Counted from the stretch's first letter, positions 1 to 11,378 are shown. The stretch is 33,667 nucleotides of DNA from Octopus bimaculoides (GCF_001194135.2 NC_068982.1:34602844-34636510), one strand, 5' to 3'. Made by a program: numbers and translations. Notes: generated by a model from the sequence alone, not told the origin.

Positions 1-34
<34 letters not shown>
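1..34. repeat. (TA)n microsatellite
   Basis: Perfect TA run at the window start. Confidence 0.95.
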
Positions 35-37
<3 letters not shown>

Positions 38-1224
38 TGTTTTTCGTATTGGTCGTTTTTATCATGAAAGCCTGCCATTCCAGAGTAGCATCGTTTCATA
101 GTTAGTTTATGAACGTATTTTGGTATATCTGTATATTGAATTCAATTCTTTTTGTTGTTATATGACCTCACTGCACATATTGTGAAAGGGACATTCTTGT
201 CTGGATTGAGTATTTTGGGAATATTCGATATTTGGAGTTCTAGTATTAAGAATAATAATGTCGTATTGTAGAATTTTTAGTCATTTTTTAGTCACTTTTG
301 CAAAATGGTTTGTGTGTGTATGTGTTTATTTTAAAATGTATTCCGTGAGGAACTATGACATGGGAAGGGAGAGCGTTGCCATCATTGTCATTGCCATGTT
401 TCCTGTAAAGTCATACATTTTTTTTGGGGAATATTTGTAAATATTAATTGCTGATGTTTGTGTGAGTAAACTCCATAAGACTCTTTTATAAATATTTCAG
501 AGTCCATTTTGTACTGATTTGTAACGACTATCGTTCTCAGATGACGTTCAAACGTGTTATCAGAAATATTTCTGTGTGTGAAGAATACATCATGCATTGA
601 CTTTTTTTTAACTATTGTTCCTGTATCTTTCTTTTGTACAAATGTGCATCTTTTATGTGTGCTGTGAAGATTGTGAGGAAATTGTAAATAATTTTTGTGT
701 CCGAGGCGAATCTATGTTGTTCAGTGAGATGTTTGACAGTCAGGAAGGTTTCTCGATGATAACACAATGTTCAATTTATATTCTAAACTAGATAAAAAAA
801 ATTCTTTTAAATGTTTCAAAAAATATTGTACTTCGTTTAAATATCTAATTTCTAAGAAAAATCACACCCTTTCCAAACATCTAGTACCCCCATTTTTTTC
901 CTTCTTGACATTTTCCACCCGCTTGGGAGCATCTAATGTCAAGAGGGTGCTATCTCCTAGCAGAAGAACTGCTGCCCTAGGATAACAGAGTTTTCTGAAG
1001 GAAGATTGGATGTATTGCTTAGTGCTTCTTATCAGGTGAGCTAAAGTAGAAATGACAACCAGATAAGAAGTTGGCAGCTATCGTGAAAAATAGTGGGTGA
1101 TCAGAAATTCTAATGGAGCTGAGAACATTATGACATCCTCAAAAAAAAGACATCGAGGGGGTCGCGTTTTACCGTAGAAAAATGGCTATAGAATATTGAC
1201 AAGTAAATACTTATATATCAACCA

Positions 1225-1345
1225 GATGGCCGTTCATTAGCTGCTAAACATAATGTGCCTCTGTTCCTATGTGTCTGTGTGTGGTTAGCGCACTGTTCCA
1301 GACATGCGAGCAGTACTCTAGCGTTGGGTGAACCAGCATCTTGTA
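1225..1345 (-). mobile_element. CR1/L2-like LINE RT C-terminal fragment
   Basis: A minus frame reads YKMLVHPTLEYCSHVWNSALTTH, matching the YKxxVRPxLEYCSxxW motif of CR1/L2-group RTs. A related motif occurs at 20095-20350. Confidence 0.55.
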
Positions 1346-1808
1346 CTGAGTCAGCAGTTGTTGTTGCTCCTGTTGTTTGCTTTATTGTTGCTGTTGTTAC
1401 TGTTGCTGCTGGTGTTGTCGTTGATGTCATTAGTCTGGAAGTCGTTATTTGTGGCTGCTGTTGCTGTTTACTTAAGTGTTTGTGGTCGATATTGACGATG
1501 TTGAAATGCATCTGTTGTTGCCGTTGGTTGTGGTTGTCATATTTCCTAGTGGTGAATCTACTGCAGCTGTTACCTTATAATGATGTTGTTGTTACCTACT
1601 GTTTGCTTAACTGCTTCCGGTTGGTGTGGCTCTGTGAGGGTGGGTTAAGAGTGCTAGCGAGTAGGTGGCTCAGTTCCTAGATGAACTACTGAAGGTTCCA
1701 TTTCCCGTTGTATTTATCTCATTTATTCCACTTATGTCAGAATCAGAAATAGCATGAACGACACAAATACCCACTTATAACACGCTCTGAAGTCTGTTAT
1801 TATTGCTC

Positions 1809-1872
<64 letters not shown>

Positions 1873-1883
1873 GTCTGTCTATC
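1809..1883. repeat. (TATC)n microsatellite
   Basis: Tandem ATCT units, degenerating to GTCT. Confidence 0.95.
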
Positions 1884-1890
1884 TTTTTTT

Positions 1891-2100
1891 TTACTTGTTT
1901 CAGTCATTTAATTGCAGCCATGCTGGGGCACCGACTTGAAGGTGTTTTAGTCGAACGAATCGATCTCGATACTTAATTTTTTAAATCCTGGTATTTATTG
2001 TATCGGTCTCTTTTTGCTGAATCGCAATGTCACGGGGCGTAAACGAACCAACCAATCATCAAGTAATGATTATGGGGTACAAACGAAACATACAAAGACA
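1891..2100 (-). mobile_element. SINE family A, 3' half (diverged)
   Basis: Reverse complement of the 3' body seen at 2640-2840 and 31820-32000 (cagtcatt..gccatgctgg.gcaccg..gtcga..aatcga..tatcggtctctttt). Confidence 0.8.
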
Positions 2101-2587
2101 CACACATACAACATACACTCGCGCGCACACACGCACATATACACACACGCTCACACACCTACACACGCACGCACGCANNNNNNNNNNNNNNNNNNNNNNN
2201 NNNNNNNNNNNNNNNNNNNNNNNNNNNNNNNNNNNNNNNNNNNNNNNNNNNNNNNNNNNNNNNNNNNNNNNNNNNNNNNNNNNNNNNNNNNNNNNNNNNN
2301 NNNNNNNNNNNNNNNNNNNNNNNNNNNNNNNNNNNNNNNNNNNNNNNNNNNNNNNNNNNNNNNNNNNNNNNNNNNNNNNNNNNNNNNNNNNNNNNNNNNN
2401 NNNNNNNNNNNNNNNNNNNNNNNNNNNNNNNNNNNNNNNNNNNNNNNNNNNNNNNNNNNNNNNNNNNNNNNNNNNNNNNNNNNNNNNNNNNNNNNNNNNN
2501 NNNNNNNNNNNNNNNNNNNNNNNNNNNNNNNNNNNNNNNNNNNNNNNNNNNNNNNNNNNNNNNNNNNNNNNNNNNNNNNNNNNNNNN

Positions 2588-2840
2588 TGAAAGAAGCCCG
2601 TCGTATATATGTATATATACGTGTGTGTGTTAGTGTGTGTGTTTGTCCCCACAACATCGCTTGACAACCGATGCTGGTGTGTTTATGTCCCCGTAACCTA
2701 GCGGTTCGGCAAAAGAGACCGATAGAATAAGTACTAGGCTTACAAAGAATAAGTCCTGGGGTCGATTTGCTCGACTAAAGGCGGTGCTCCAGCATGGCTG
2801 CAGTCAAATGACTGAACCAAGTAAAAGAGTAAAAGAATAA
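2588..2840 (+). mobile_element. SINE family A (5' end lost in gap)
   Basis: gaaagaagcccgtcg-(TG)n-cgcttgacaaccgatgctggtgtg..gcggttcggcaaaagagaccgatagaataagtactaggc..gtaaaagagtaaaaga tail, shared with the other copies. Confidence 0.9.
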
Positions 2841-3216
2841 ACTCGAGAGGCTTTGAGAGTTACGGAGAGAAAGCTACTATGCATTATAGTGAAAACTACA
2901 AATCTTTCGGGTTTGTTTATAAAAATATTATTTATGTAGTATCAAGACAGTTTAAGTATATTTTAACTAAATTTGACTGAAATTGATAGGTGAGCTTTTG
3001 GCCAGTCAGATTCGCAAGGACCCATGAAAGCGTCGATTAGTGAGTTCGGATCTGCTTGAGGTTAGCTCATCATTTTTCAGTCATTTATTTATTTTTAAAA
3101 ATGGTTGCTTCAAATCGAAGAATAGATATCATATATATATATACATATACTGCGTAATATTATAGTTGTGTAAGATGGCGAGCTGGCAGAATTGTTAACA
3201 CACCTGGTAAAATGCT

Positions 3217-3426
3217 CACTCAGCTGTAGAAATGAATTACGACGACACTGGTGCGAAACTGTATCGGCCTTTGCATTTCCCTTGGATAACATCGATGGCG
3301 TAGAGAGGCTGGTGTACATAGGCGACTGCGGGTCTTCCATAAACAACCTTGCCCGGATCTATACTTCGGAGGGTAACTTTCTGGGTGCAATCCCATGGTT
3401 ATCCATGACCGAAGGGGTTCTTTACC
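3217..3426 (-). mobile_element. Short interspersed element of a third family (probable SINE or RTE-tail type)
   Basis: GC-richer block inserted exactly between two copies of a 72-bp direct repeat. It resembles a dispersed cephalopod repeat as I recall it; family unverified. Confidence 0.5.
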
Positions 3427-3519
3427 CATTGTTTGTGTGTTCATGACGAGCAGGAAACATTCAATATTTTTCAACAAGGGCTGCCTTAAACCAATATACT
3501 ACGTAATCTTATAGTTGTG

Positions 3520-3724
3520 TAAGGTGGCGAGCTGACAGAATTGTTAGTATACCGGGTAAAATGCTTAGCGGCATTTTGTCCGTCTTTATGTTATGAGTTC
3601 AAATTCCGCCGAGGTCGACTTTGTCTTTCATCTTTTCGCGGTCGATAAAATAGGTACCAGTTGAGCACTGGGGTCGGTGTAATTGACTCACCACTCCCGC
3701 AAAATTGCTGGCCTTGTGCCAAAT
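3520..3724 (+). mobile_element. SINE family B, full length (tRNA-derived, probably octopus OK type)
   Basis: Head aaggtggcgagctgacagaa, B-box-like gagttcaaattcc, body ggtcgataaaataggtaccagttgagcactggggtcg (contains GGTACC), tail ggccttgtgcc. About 12 homologous copies or fragments in the window. Confidence 0.9.
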
Positions 3725-3976
3725 ATATATATACCTGTAATTTTAATCACTTAACATCTATACAAGATGCTTACACAAGATGAACACCGCAGTATTACGG
3801 CATTTTTACAATACATCCACGTTCACTAAGATATAAATATTTCTATATAAATATTGTGTGCTTCAGGTAAATATGGCAGTTTGCATAAAAGGGCAAGAAA
3901 ATACAATACCCCATCCAAAAATAACAGTATTTAAAAAAATAAAAAAATATCAACTAGATTACGACTGGGGATAAGT

Positions 3977-4990
3977 TTACACAAAGTAGTTGACCTCCCT
4001 TTCCACCACGGACTGCAGACGGTTCTGGAACCTGGCGTATGGGTTCCTAACTGTGTCCATGGGAAGATCTTCGAACATCTCCTTGATCTTGGCCACCAGC
4101 TTGGCCTTGGTATTGCAGGAAAAGCGGTTGATGTCTTTCTCAACTGCACCCCACACATAGTAATCCATGGAATACAATCGGAGTAATTAGGAAGCCTGAA
4201 ATTGGGGTTGCTGAAGTCATAGAAATTCTCTGGCAACCACTTCTGACTCTTTCCGGAGGTATGGTAAGGAGCCGAATCCTGCTGTCACATGTATGGTCTC
4301 TCCAGCCAGGGTTTGACCAAAATTTCCAGCAGCTTCACAAAGCCTCTGAAATGAGCTTAAGAACCTTTTTAAAGATTTGGGGCAGCATGATATCACCCTC
4401 ACTGCAGACAAACCCGATGACCATCACAATTTGGAAGAACTTGGCTTTTACGATAAGTGAGACATCACATGGATTGTAGGCAAGCCACTTGTTATTCTGG
4501 GTGCTGTGCAGTAGGTTCAAGCAGAAGTTCTTTTTATCTGAGAAGAAATAGATCATCGTCGGCTCAACAGGATGACTCAGCTTCTTCAGAAGCTTCTTTG
4601 CCTTCGTCAAGTGGTACTCCTTGGCTGTCAGAACTTGTCCCTTGTGCCTCTTGTAAGAGTGGTAGCGAAGGTCCTCATTCAGGGCTAGCTTCATGTTGGT
4701 GTCTCGAACACCCATCACTCTTGCCAAAGCCCGGATTCCCTTGCTCAGATCTTCTATCACCTTGTCCTGCCGTTGTTCAATGAATTCTGGCGTGTGGACG
4801 CAATCAGAACACCTACTGTGTCCTTTGTATCCTTTTCTATTAGACACAGCTTCGTAAATCTCCGTGGATGATGACAATTTTATTTTATGTCTTACATCTT
4901 TACGGTGTTCGCAGAGCATTGAGCAGCCATCATGATATTTAGCCGGAGCGAATCATCATGACACAAGTAAATCTGTTCCAATATTCAAAT
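3977..4990 (-). pseudogene. Tc1/mariner superfamily DD37D (maT) transposase pseudogene
   Basis: Minus frames give YFFSDKKNF (D1), VMVIGFVCSEGD, QQDSAPYH (D2), PMDYYVWGAV (D3). I count 37 residues between D2 and D3 after correcting a 1-bp frameshift. Stops and frameshifts are present; TIRs not found. Confidence 0.88.
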
Positions 4991-4997
4991 AGCTTCT

Positions 4998-5104
4998 ACC
5001 TTGTCCTGCCGTTGTTCAATGAATTCCGACGTGTGGATGCAATCAGAATACCTACTATGTCCTTTGTGTCTTTTCTACTGACTACAGCTTCGTAACCTCC
5101 GTGG
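4998..5104 (-). repeat. Diverged second copy of maT segment 4759-4867
   Basis: accttgtcctgccgttgttcaatgaattc...cttcgtaa..tccgtgg occurs twice, with scattered mismatches. Confidence 0.9.
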
Positions 5105-5999
5105 TAGCTGACCATGTTACGTCTTACATATATATATACATGTATACACATATATAGATTTTTTATATTATTAATTAATTGAACGCCACGCATCCATTTC
5201 CAAGTAAGTTTATCTTAACCATTTTGATGTGACTCTACTCTATACTGTTTTCTCCCTTGTCCTCTCTAATTCCCTTTTTCTCCCTTTCACCGTTTTCTGT
5301 CTGTCTCTCTATCTTCTCCTCTTTCTCTTTTTCTGTTTCTCGTTGCTCACACGTGACCATCGTCCATATTTCCTTTTCTCACGTGACCATCTTTCTTTCC
5401 TGCACGGACGTTCTAAAGACTGGAACTTCTATCTTTTTTTTTTCAAAGAAAATATTTCTCTCAGCGTTCACTATTTTCCCCTCGTTCAGGTCTAACGACC
5501 CTCCATGTTTGTTTTCGTTCGGTTTCCCTGTCCTGATTTCATTCGGTTTCCATTGTCCTGATTTTGTTCCTAACTTTGGCCCTCCATAAATCCAAAATTT
5601 TATTTTGGTATTTATGGGAGCAACTGTCTCATATTGTCGTTGATTGCTCGAAATGAGGAATAGATAGATAACCGACAACTGATGAAGGGTCATTCTTTGT
5701 ATTACTTGTCCTTGTTTCTCTCGTTATTTGCTTATTTAACTCATTTGTTTTCGTATTTCATATTGTTTACTGTTCGTGACGTCCTNNNNNNNNNNNNNNN
5801 NNNNNNNNNNNNNNNNNNNNNNNNNNNNNNNNNNNNNNNNNNNNNNNNNNNNNNNNNNNNNNNNNNNNNNNNNNNNNNNNNNNNNNNNNNNNNNNNNNNN
5901 NNNNNNNNNNNNNNNNNNNNTATATATGCATATATATATAAGCTTAAAACTTATAGCAATCACCGTGCTATGACTAAGAGAACAGTCTAATAATATATA

Positions 6000-6226
6000 T
6001 ATGTATATACATACATACATACATACATATATATATACACAAAGGGGAGAGAGGGAGAAGGAGAGAGAGGGAGAGGGTGAGAGAGAGAGAGAGAGAGTGA
6101 ATGAGAGAAAGAGAACGAGAGGTCAGATAGGGAAGACATGAATGCATTCATACACACACAACACGCATTCAAGGAAAGAAATCTAGCTTTGAAAAATCCC
6201 TAGAGAGACAAAGAGAGACATAGAGT

Positions 6227-6308
<82 letters not shown>
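6000..6308. repeat. (TACA)n then (GA)n/(GATA)n compound microsatellite
   Basis: Direct reading. Confidence 0.9.
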
Positions 6309-6669
6309 TGTCAGAGTATGTGGGCGTGTGACAATTTAATCTCTGCGTTTGTATGTTTGATAGAATATTTATTTAGAGTTGATCTTAAATATTTGCTCAG
6401 TTATAAACTCGTAGAGAGAACATGGAAGTCTGACTAGCGAGCGTATTACTATATCGATCCTGCTTAAACGAATTTCGGTTTGCTTTTTAGTTTGATTGTA
6501 GAAATCTATATCGATATTTGGAATCTATCATCTAGTATTATTGTTGTTTTTGTTGTTGTTATTATTATTTTTGCTGTTTAGCCCCAGGTCTCTCCTAATG
6601 AAGGAGATCTGTTGTCATATCAAAAGCCTTCTCTCACATATTTTGAGACACGGTATATTTCGGTTGTAT

Positions 6670-6750
6670 CAAGCATGGGCAACTTTTTTCGAGAAGTGGG
6701 CCGCATGAGATATGGCTCATTATCAAACGGGCTGCACTGCTAAATAAATT
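6670..6750 (+). mobile_element. Possible hAT-type terminal fragment
   Basis: caagcatgggcaactttt...gggccgcatg...cgggctgca resembles hAT/Charlie-like termini. No partner TIR found. Confidence 0.3.
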
Positions 6751-6808
6751 CAAAGTTGCTTTTCGTCAGACGTGCCAGTCAGAAAATCCCGCGTACCGCA
6801 TTTTCAAT

Positions 6809-7147
6809 CTTACTCTTTTACTCTTTTACTTGTTTCAGTCGTTTGACTGCGGCCATGCTGGAGCATCGACTTATTCTTTGTAAGCCTAATACTTATTCTA
6901 TCGGTCTCTTTTGCCGAACCGCTAAGTGACGGGGGACATAAACACACCAGCATCGGTTGTCAAGCAATGCTACGGGGGACAAACACACACACACACATAG
7001 ACACGACGGGCTTCTTTCAGTTTCCGTCTACCAAATCCACTCACAAGGCTTTGGTCCGCCCGAGACTATAGTAGAAGACAGTTGCCCAAGATGTCACGCA
7101 GTGGGACTGAACCCGAAACCATATGGCTGGTAAGCTAGCTACTACCT
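6809..7147 (-). mobile_element. SINE family A, near full length with an internal deletion of about 30 bp
   Basis: B-box (gggactgaacccg on +), central (CA)n and ttactcttttactctttt tail are present. The segment cgcctttagtcgagcaaatcgaccccagg of the 2588 copy is missing. Confidence 0.92.
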
Positions 7148-7421
7148 AATTTATTGTTTTGTTTTAATTATTCGGGTGTTCGAAGCTACTTGGCTGTTAT
7201 TTCCAGACATTCAGATGACTATGTTAAAGCAAGCTCACTGCAAGTGTGAATTTAATCATAAGCGTGTAACTAAAAACGTTGCGAGACGCCATGAAGCAAT
7301 TAAGTTGATTGATTCTGTATACGTATAAAAGTTTACCCATTTCTAATTAGTAAGGATTAAAACCGTAAGAGAGAAAGAAAGCGAGGAAAAGAGAGAAGAT
7401 GAGGAGGATAGAGTAAGAAAA

Positions 7422-7529
7422 GGAGAGATAGAGTAAAAAAAAAAGAAAGAGAGAGAGAGAGAGGATTGCATGAGTATTTGATAACTCGGGTATAATGTAA
7501 TTGCCATCCTACTTAAGTTTTATTAACTT
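7422..7529. repeat. Inverted repeat arm 1 (partner 8073-8173)
   Basis: gaggattgcatgagtatttgataactcgggtataatgtaattgccatcctacttaagttttattaactt is the reverse complement of 8073-8141 with 2 substitutions. The remainder differs mainly in repeat-run lengths. Confidence 0.95.
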
Positions 7530-7599
7530 TTCTTTTTTATTAAAAATGAATCAGAAGAGGTTAAAGGGAGAAATATAAAGTAATTAATCCTAATTTTAG

Positions 7600-7802
7600 C
7601 TAAAAGTTAGCAATTTTGAGAGGAAGGGGAAGTGAATTACATCGAACCCAGTACTCGACTGGTAATTATTTCATCGACCTTGAGAGGATGAAAGGCAAAG
7701 TCAGCGCTGTCGGAATTTGAACTCAGAACGTAATAAGTCAGAAGAAATACTATGAAGTATTTTGACCGACGTGCTACCAATTTTGCCGGTTCGTCGCCCT
7801 AG
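7600..7802 (-). mobile_element. SINE family B
   Basis: Reverse-complement match to 3520-3724 (ggatgaaaggcaaagtc..ggaatttgaactcagaac..ttttgccggttcgtcgcc). Confidence 0.88.
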
Positions 7803-7814
7803 AAAGTATGAAAA

Positions 7815-7992
7815 TAATGGTTTCAAATTTTAGCGCAAGGCCAGCAATTTTCAGGCATGGCGAAATCGATTACATTGACCCCAGTGCTCAACTGCTACGG
7901 TACTTATTTTATCAACTCCGGAAGTATGAAAGGCAAGGATAGATTGAGAGATAGATATTAGTAGGTAGATAGAATGTGAGAAAAAGAGAGAA

Positions 7993-8073
<81 letters not shown>

Positions 8074-8240
8074 AGTTAATAAAACCTAAGTAGGATGGCA
8101 ATTACATTATACCCGAATTATCAAATACTCATGCAATCCTCTCTCTCTTTCCTTTTTTTTACTCTATCTCTCCGTGGAATTTGAACCCAGAACATAGACG
8201 GACGAAATGCTGCAAAGCAATTGGGTCGATGTGTTAAAGG
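7815..8240 (-). mobile_element. SINE family B split in two (7815-7938 and 8171-8240) by a GA repeat plus an inverted flank copy
   Basis: The 3' half ends at atgaaaggcaagg and the continuation ccgtggaatttgaacccagaac resumes about 230 bp later. Confidence 0.8.
8073..8173. repeat. Inverted repeat arm 2 (partner 7422-7529)
   Basis: See arm 1. Confidence 0.95.
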
Positions 8241-8254
8241 AAGAAAGCACAAAA

Positions 8255-8475
8255 TTATGATTTCAAATTTTGGCACAAAGCCAGAAATTGCGGGGAAGTG
8301 AGGCGAATCAATTACATCGACTCCAATGGTCAACTGGTACTTATTTTATCGATCCCCAAAAGGATGACAGACAAAGTCAACCTCTGCGGATTTTGAACTC
8401 AGAATGTAAAGACGGACGAAATACTGCAAAGTATTTTGCCCGGTGCTGTAACGATTCTGCCGGCTCGCCGTTTTA
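8255..8475 (-). mobile_element. SINE family B, full length
   Basis: Reverse-complement match from the tail ttttggcacaaagcc to the head attctgccggctcgccg. Confidence 0.9.
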
Positions 8476-8673
8476 AAAAGCACAAAATGATAAAATATAA
8501 AAGATATTAGAGATGCAGAAATGAGTTTAAAAGCTTCCTGTTATAATCATATTTGAAATATGTATTGCGCATAGCCTTTGAATTCATACACACGCACACG
8601 CACTCAGGCGCACGCACACGTACACACACATACACACACTCGAGTAGAATTAACATGATCCAATTTCACATAG

Positions 8674-8754
8674 ATGGTGCTTTGATTTACAGCTGCACTC
8701 AATCCGACTGGCCTCCACAGTTTCTGTCAACCCAATTTCTCCTAGAGGCCTTTG
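8674..8754 (+). CDS. Candidate internal exon, product unknown (one frame ends LLEAFG, myosin-motor-like)
   Basis: aatttcacatag| 81 nt |gtaagt. Frames DGALIYSCTQSDWPPQFLSTQFLLEAFG and RWCFDLQLHSIRLASTVSVNPISPRGLW are both open. No homology confirmation. Confidence 0.25.
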
Positions 8755-9360
8755 GTAAGTATGGTACATAGATGGGTAGTTTAATTTAATACTGCTTGAA
8801 TTGCGTATACTGGATTTATATTAAGCCAGGTGGCTATTTGTAATACCAGTGAATGTTTTTTTCTATATCGGAGGCGATAAATCTCGTTTAGGTATATGGT
8901 TAGCTGTGAGTGCATGTCATCAATAAAGCCTAACTAGGCCTAAATGCACCTATTGTTTTCGTTAGCTACTGCTGGGACGACTTTTCGCCTGGCTCTGATA
9001 AGCATTGTGTTTTTAAACATAGTTCATCCATGAGATATGCTATCTGTGGACAAATACTGCAGTAACTGGCGTCTCAACGATGTATACATTAGAATCTTTT
9101 GTTGTTATTTTACCTATTTCAATCATTGTACTATAACCATGCTGGGATACACAACTGTATTATCCCCCATACAAATTGTTTATCTCCCTTTCATTGCATC
9201 ATCATGTGCATGGTGTTAATTGGCTACTCCGCAACTATTGTGAGAAAATAGTTTTAGCTTTAATGATGGCTTGGACACATAATGTACCAGGGTTTTATGA
9301 TGCCATTCGCCTGGTGAAACGTACAATAGCGTCACTGATTCAATAAACTGTAAAGAATAC

Positions 9361-9578
9361 TTAAGGCGCGACCTGGCAAAAACGTTAGCCCGACGGACAG
9401 TGCTTGGTGTCATTTCGTCCGTCTTTATGTTCTGAGTACAAAAGCTTCCGGGGTCGACTTTGCCTTTCATCCTTTTGGGGTCGATAAAACAAATACTAGT
9501 TGACCAATGGCGTCGATGTAGTCGTCTTAACCTCCTTCCCCGAAATTGCCGGCCTTGTGCCAAAATTTGAAACCAATA
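9361..9578 (+). mobile_element. SINE family B, full length, diverged
   Basis: taaggcgcgacctggcaaaaacgttagc...ggtcgactttgcctttcatcc...ggccttgtgccaaaatttgaaacc. Confidence 0.88.
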
Positions 9579-9654
9579 TAATTACTCAACTTTGTATTGA
9601 ATTCTTTATGCTTATTCCATCTTGAAACAGACTAGAGTTATTATACAGAAAACC

Positions 9655-9743
9655 ACATGCATACGCATACATACATGACATACATACACACATATACATA
9701 TATATATGTATATATGATATAATACATGTACATATGTATAGGC

Positions 9744-9786
<43 letters not shown>

Positions 9787-9906
9787 TGTGTGTGTGTATG
9801 CACATACACATATATACATACACACACACATACATATCTATTACGCATACACACACTACATATGAACACACACTCATATATGTACATATATATTTATGCA
9901 TGCCAT

Positions 9907-9961
<55 letters not shown>

Positions 9962-9975
9962 CGTGCGTGTGTGTA
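9655..9975. repeat. (TA)n/(CA)n/(TG)n compound microsatellite
   Basis: Direct reading. Confidence 0.9.
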
Positions 9976-10607
9976 CCCGTTACTAGCCTCTAATTCGTTT
10001 TCAAATTTTATTTGTGTCTGCATGCACACAGTTTAAACAAACAGGCACCCACACGCAGCCACCTCTACACAAATATAAACAAACAACCNNNNNNNNNNNN
10101 NNNNNNNNNNNNNNNNNNNNNNNNNNNNNNNNNNNNNNNNNNNNNNNNNNNNNNNNNNNNNNNNNNNNNNNNNNNNNNNNNNNNNNNNNNNNNNNNNNNN
10201 NNNNNNNNNNNNNNNNNNNNNNNNNNNNNNNNNNNNNNNNNNNNNNNNNNNNNNNNNNNNNNNNNNNNNNNNNNNNNNNNNNNNNNNNNNNNNNNNNNNN
10301 NNNNNNNNNNNNNNNNNNNNNNNNNNNNNNNNNNNNNNNNNNNNNNNNNNNNNNNNNNNNNNNNNNNNNNNNNNNNNNNNNNNNNNNNNNNNNNNNNNNN
10401 NNNNNNNNNNNNNNNNNNNNNNNNNNNNNNNNNAGCGTATGCATAATATGTATATGTGTATAAATACACTCACACATATATATATATATATATATATATA
10501 ATAAACGCATTTGATATAAAAATACAAAAGTATGTACTTATTACATGCTCAGACACACATGCACGCGCACACACTCACATAGCTATAGATATACAAAGAT
10601 GATGATG

Positions 10608-10643
<36 letters not shown>

Positions 10644-10889
10644 GTGCGTGTGTTGGTTCTGTGTATGTAGGGAGCGTTTGTGTATGTAAGCAGCTATTTG
10701 GGGTTAAATATGCAAATTATATGCATGCGTGTAGTGCTTATACGCAATACGCACATTTAAGATGTGTCTGTGTATACATATTTATTATAATGTATACAGG
10801 TTTTCTCGGGTGCATACAAGCTGTAAATCATCAAAATGTAAAGAAGCAGCTAATGGCCAATGTCTCAATTGTATTTTTTTTTATTCCTT

Positions 10890-11378
10890 TATATTTATTT
10901 CAGTCATTTGACTGCCGCCATGCTAGAGCACCGTCACGAGGGGTCTTTGTCGAACAAATCGACATCAGGATATATATATATTTTTTAAAGCCTAGTACTT
11001 ATTTTATCTTATCCTTTTGCTGCACCGCTAAGTTACGGTGACGTAAACACACTCACACCGGTTGTAAAGCGGTAGTGGGTGGAACAAGCATCGGCACAAA
11101 CACACACACACATAGATAGATAGATAGATACATACATACATACATACATACATACGTAATACATACATACATACATATATATATTTATATATGTACACAC
11201 ACACACACACACACACACGTATACATATACACACACAACGGGCTTTTTTAGTTTCCGTCTGCCAAATCCACTCACGAGCTTCTCGTCTGACCGTCAGACC
11301 GTGGCTATAGTAGAAGACACTTGCCCCAGGTCCCACACAGTCACACACTGGAACTGAACCCAGAATCATGTGGTTGTC
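10890..11378 (-). mobile_element. SINE family A with expanded central microsatellite
   Basis: 3' body 10890-11100, (GATA)(CATA)(CA) expansion, 5' body 11235-11378 with gaactgaaccc B-box. Confidence 0.88.

Noticed and set aside
130-790. Several 30-50 codon open frames (for example VHFVLICNDYRSQMTFKRVIRNISVCEEYIMH*), and a vague C2H2 look on the minus strand
   Set aside because: No recognisable motif with correct spacing and no consistent splice phases.
1255-1680. 141-aa Val/Cys-rich ORF resembling a membrane protein
   Set aside because: Driven by degenerate (TTG/CTG) repeats and the antisense of a LINE fragment.
5340-5570. Short paired direct repeats (ctcacgtgaccatc x2; ttcggtttcc..tgtcctgattt x2)
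   Set aside because: Only two short copies each in pyrimidine-rich DNA; consistent with local slippage.
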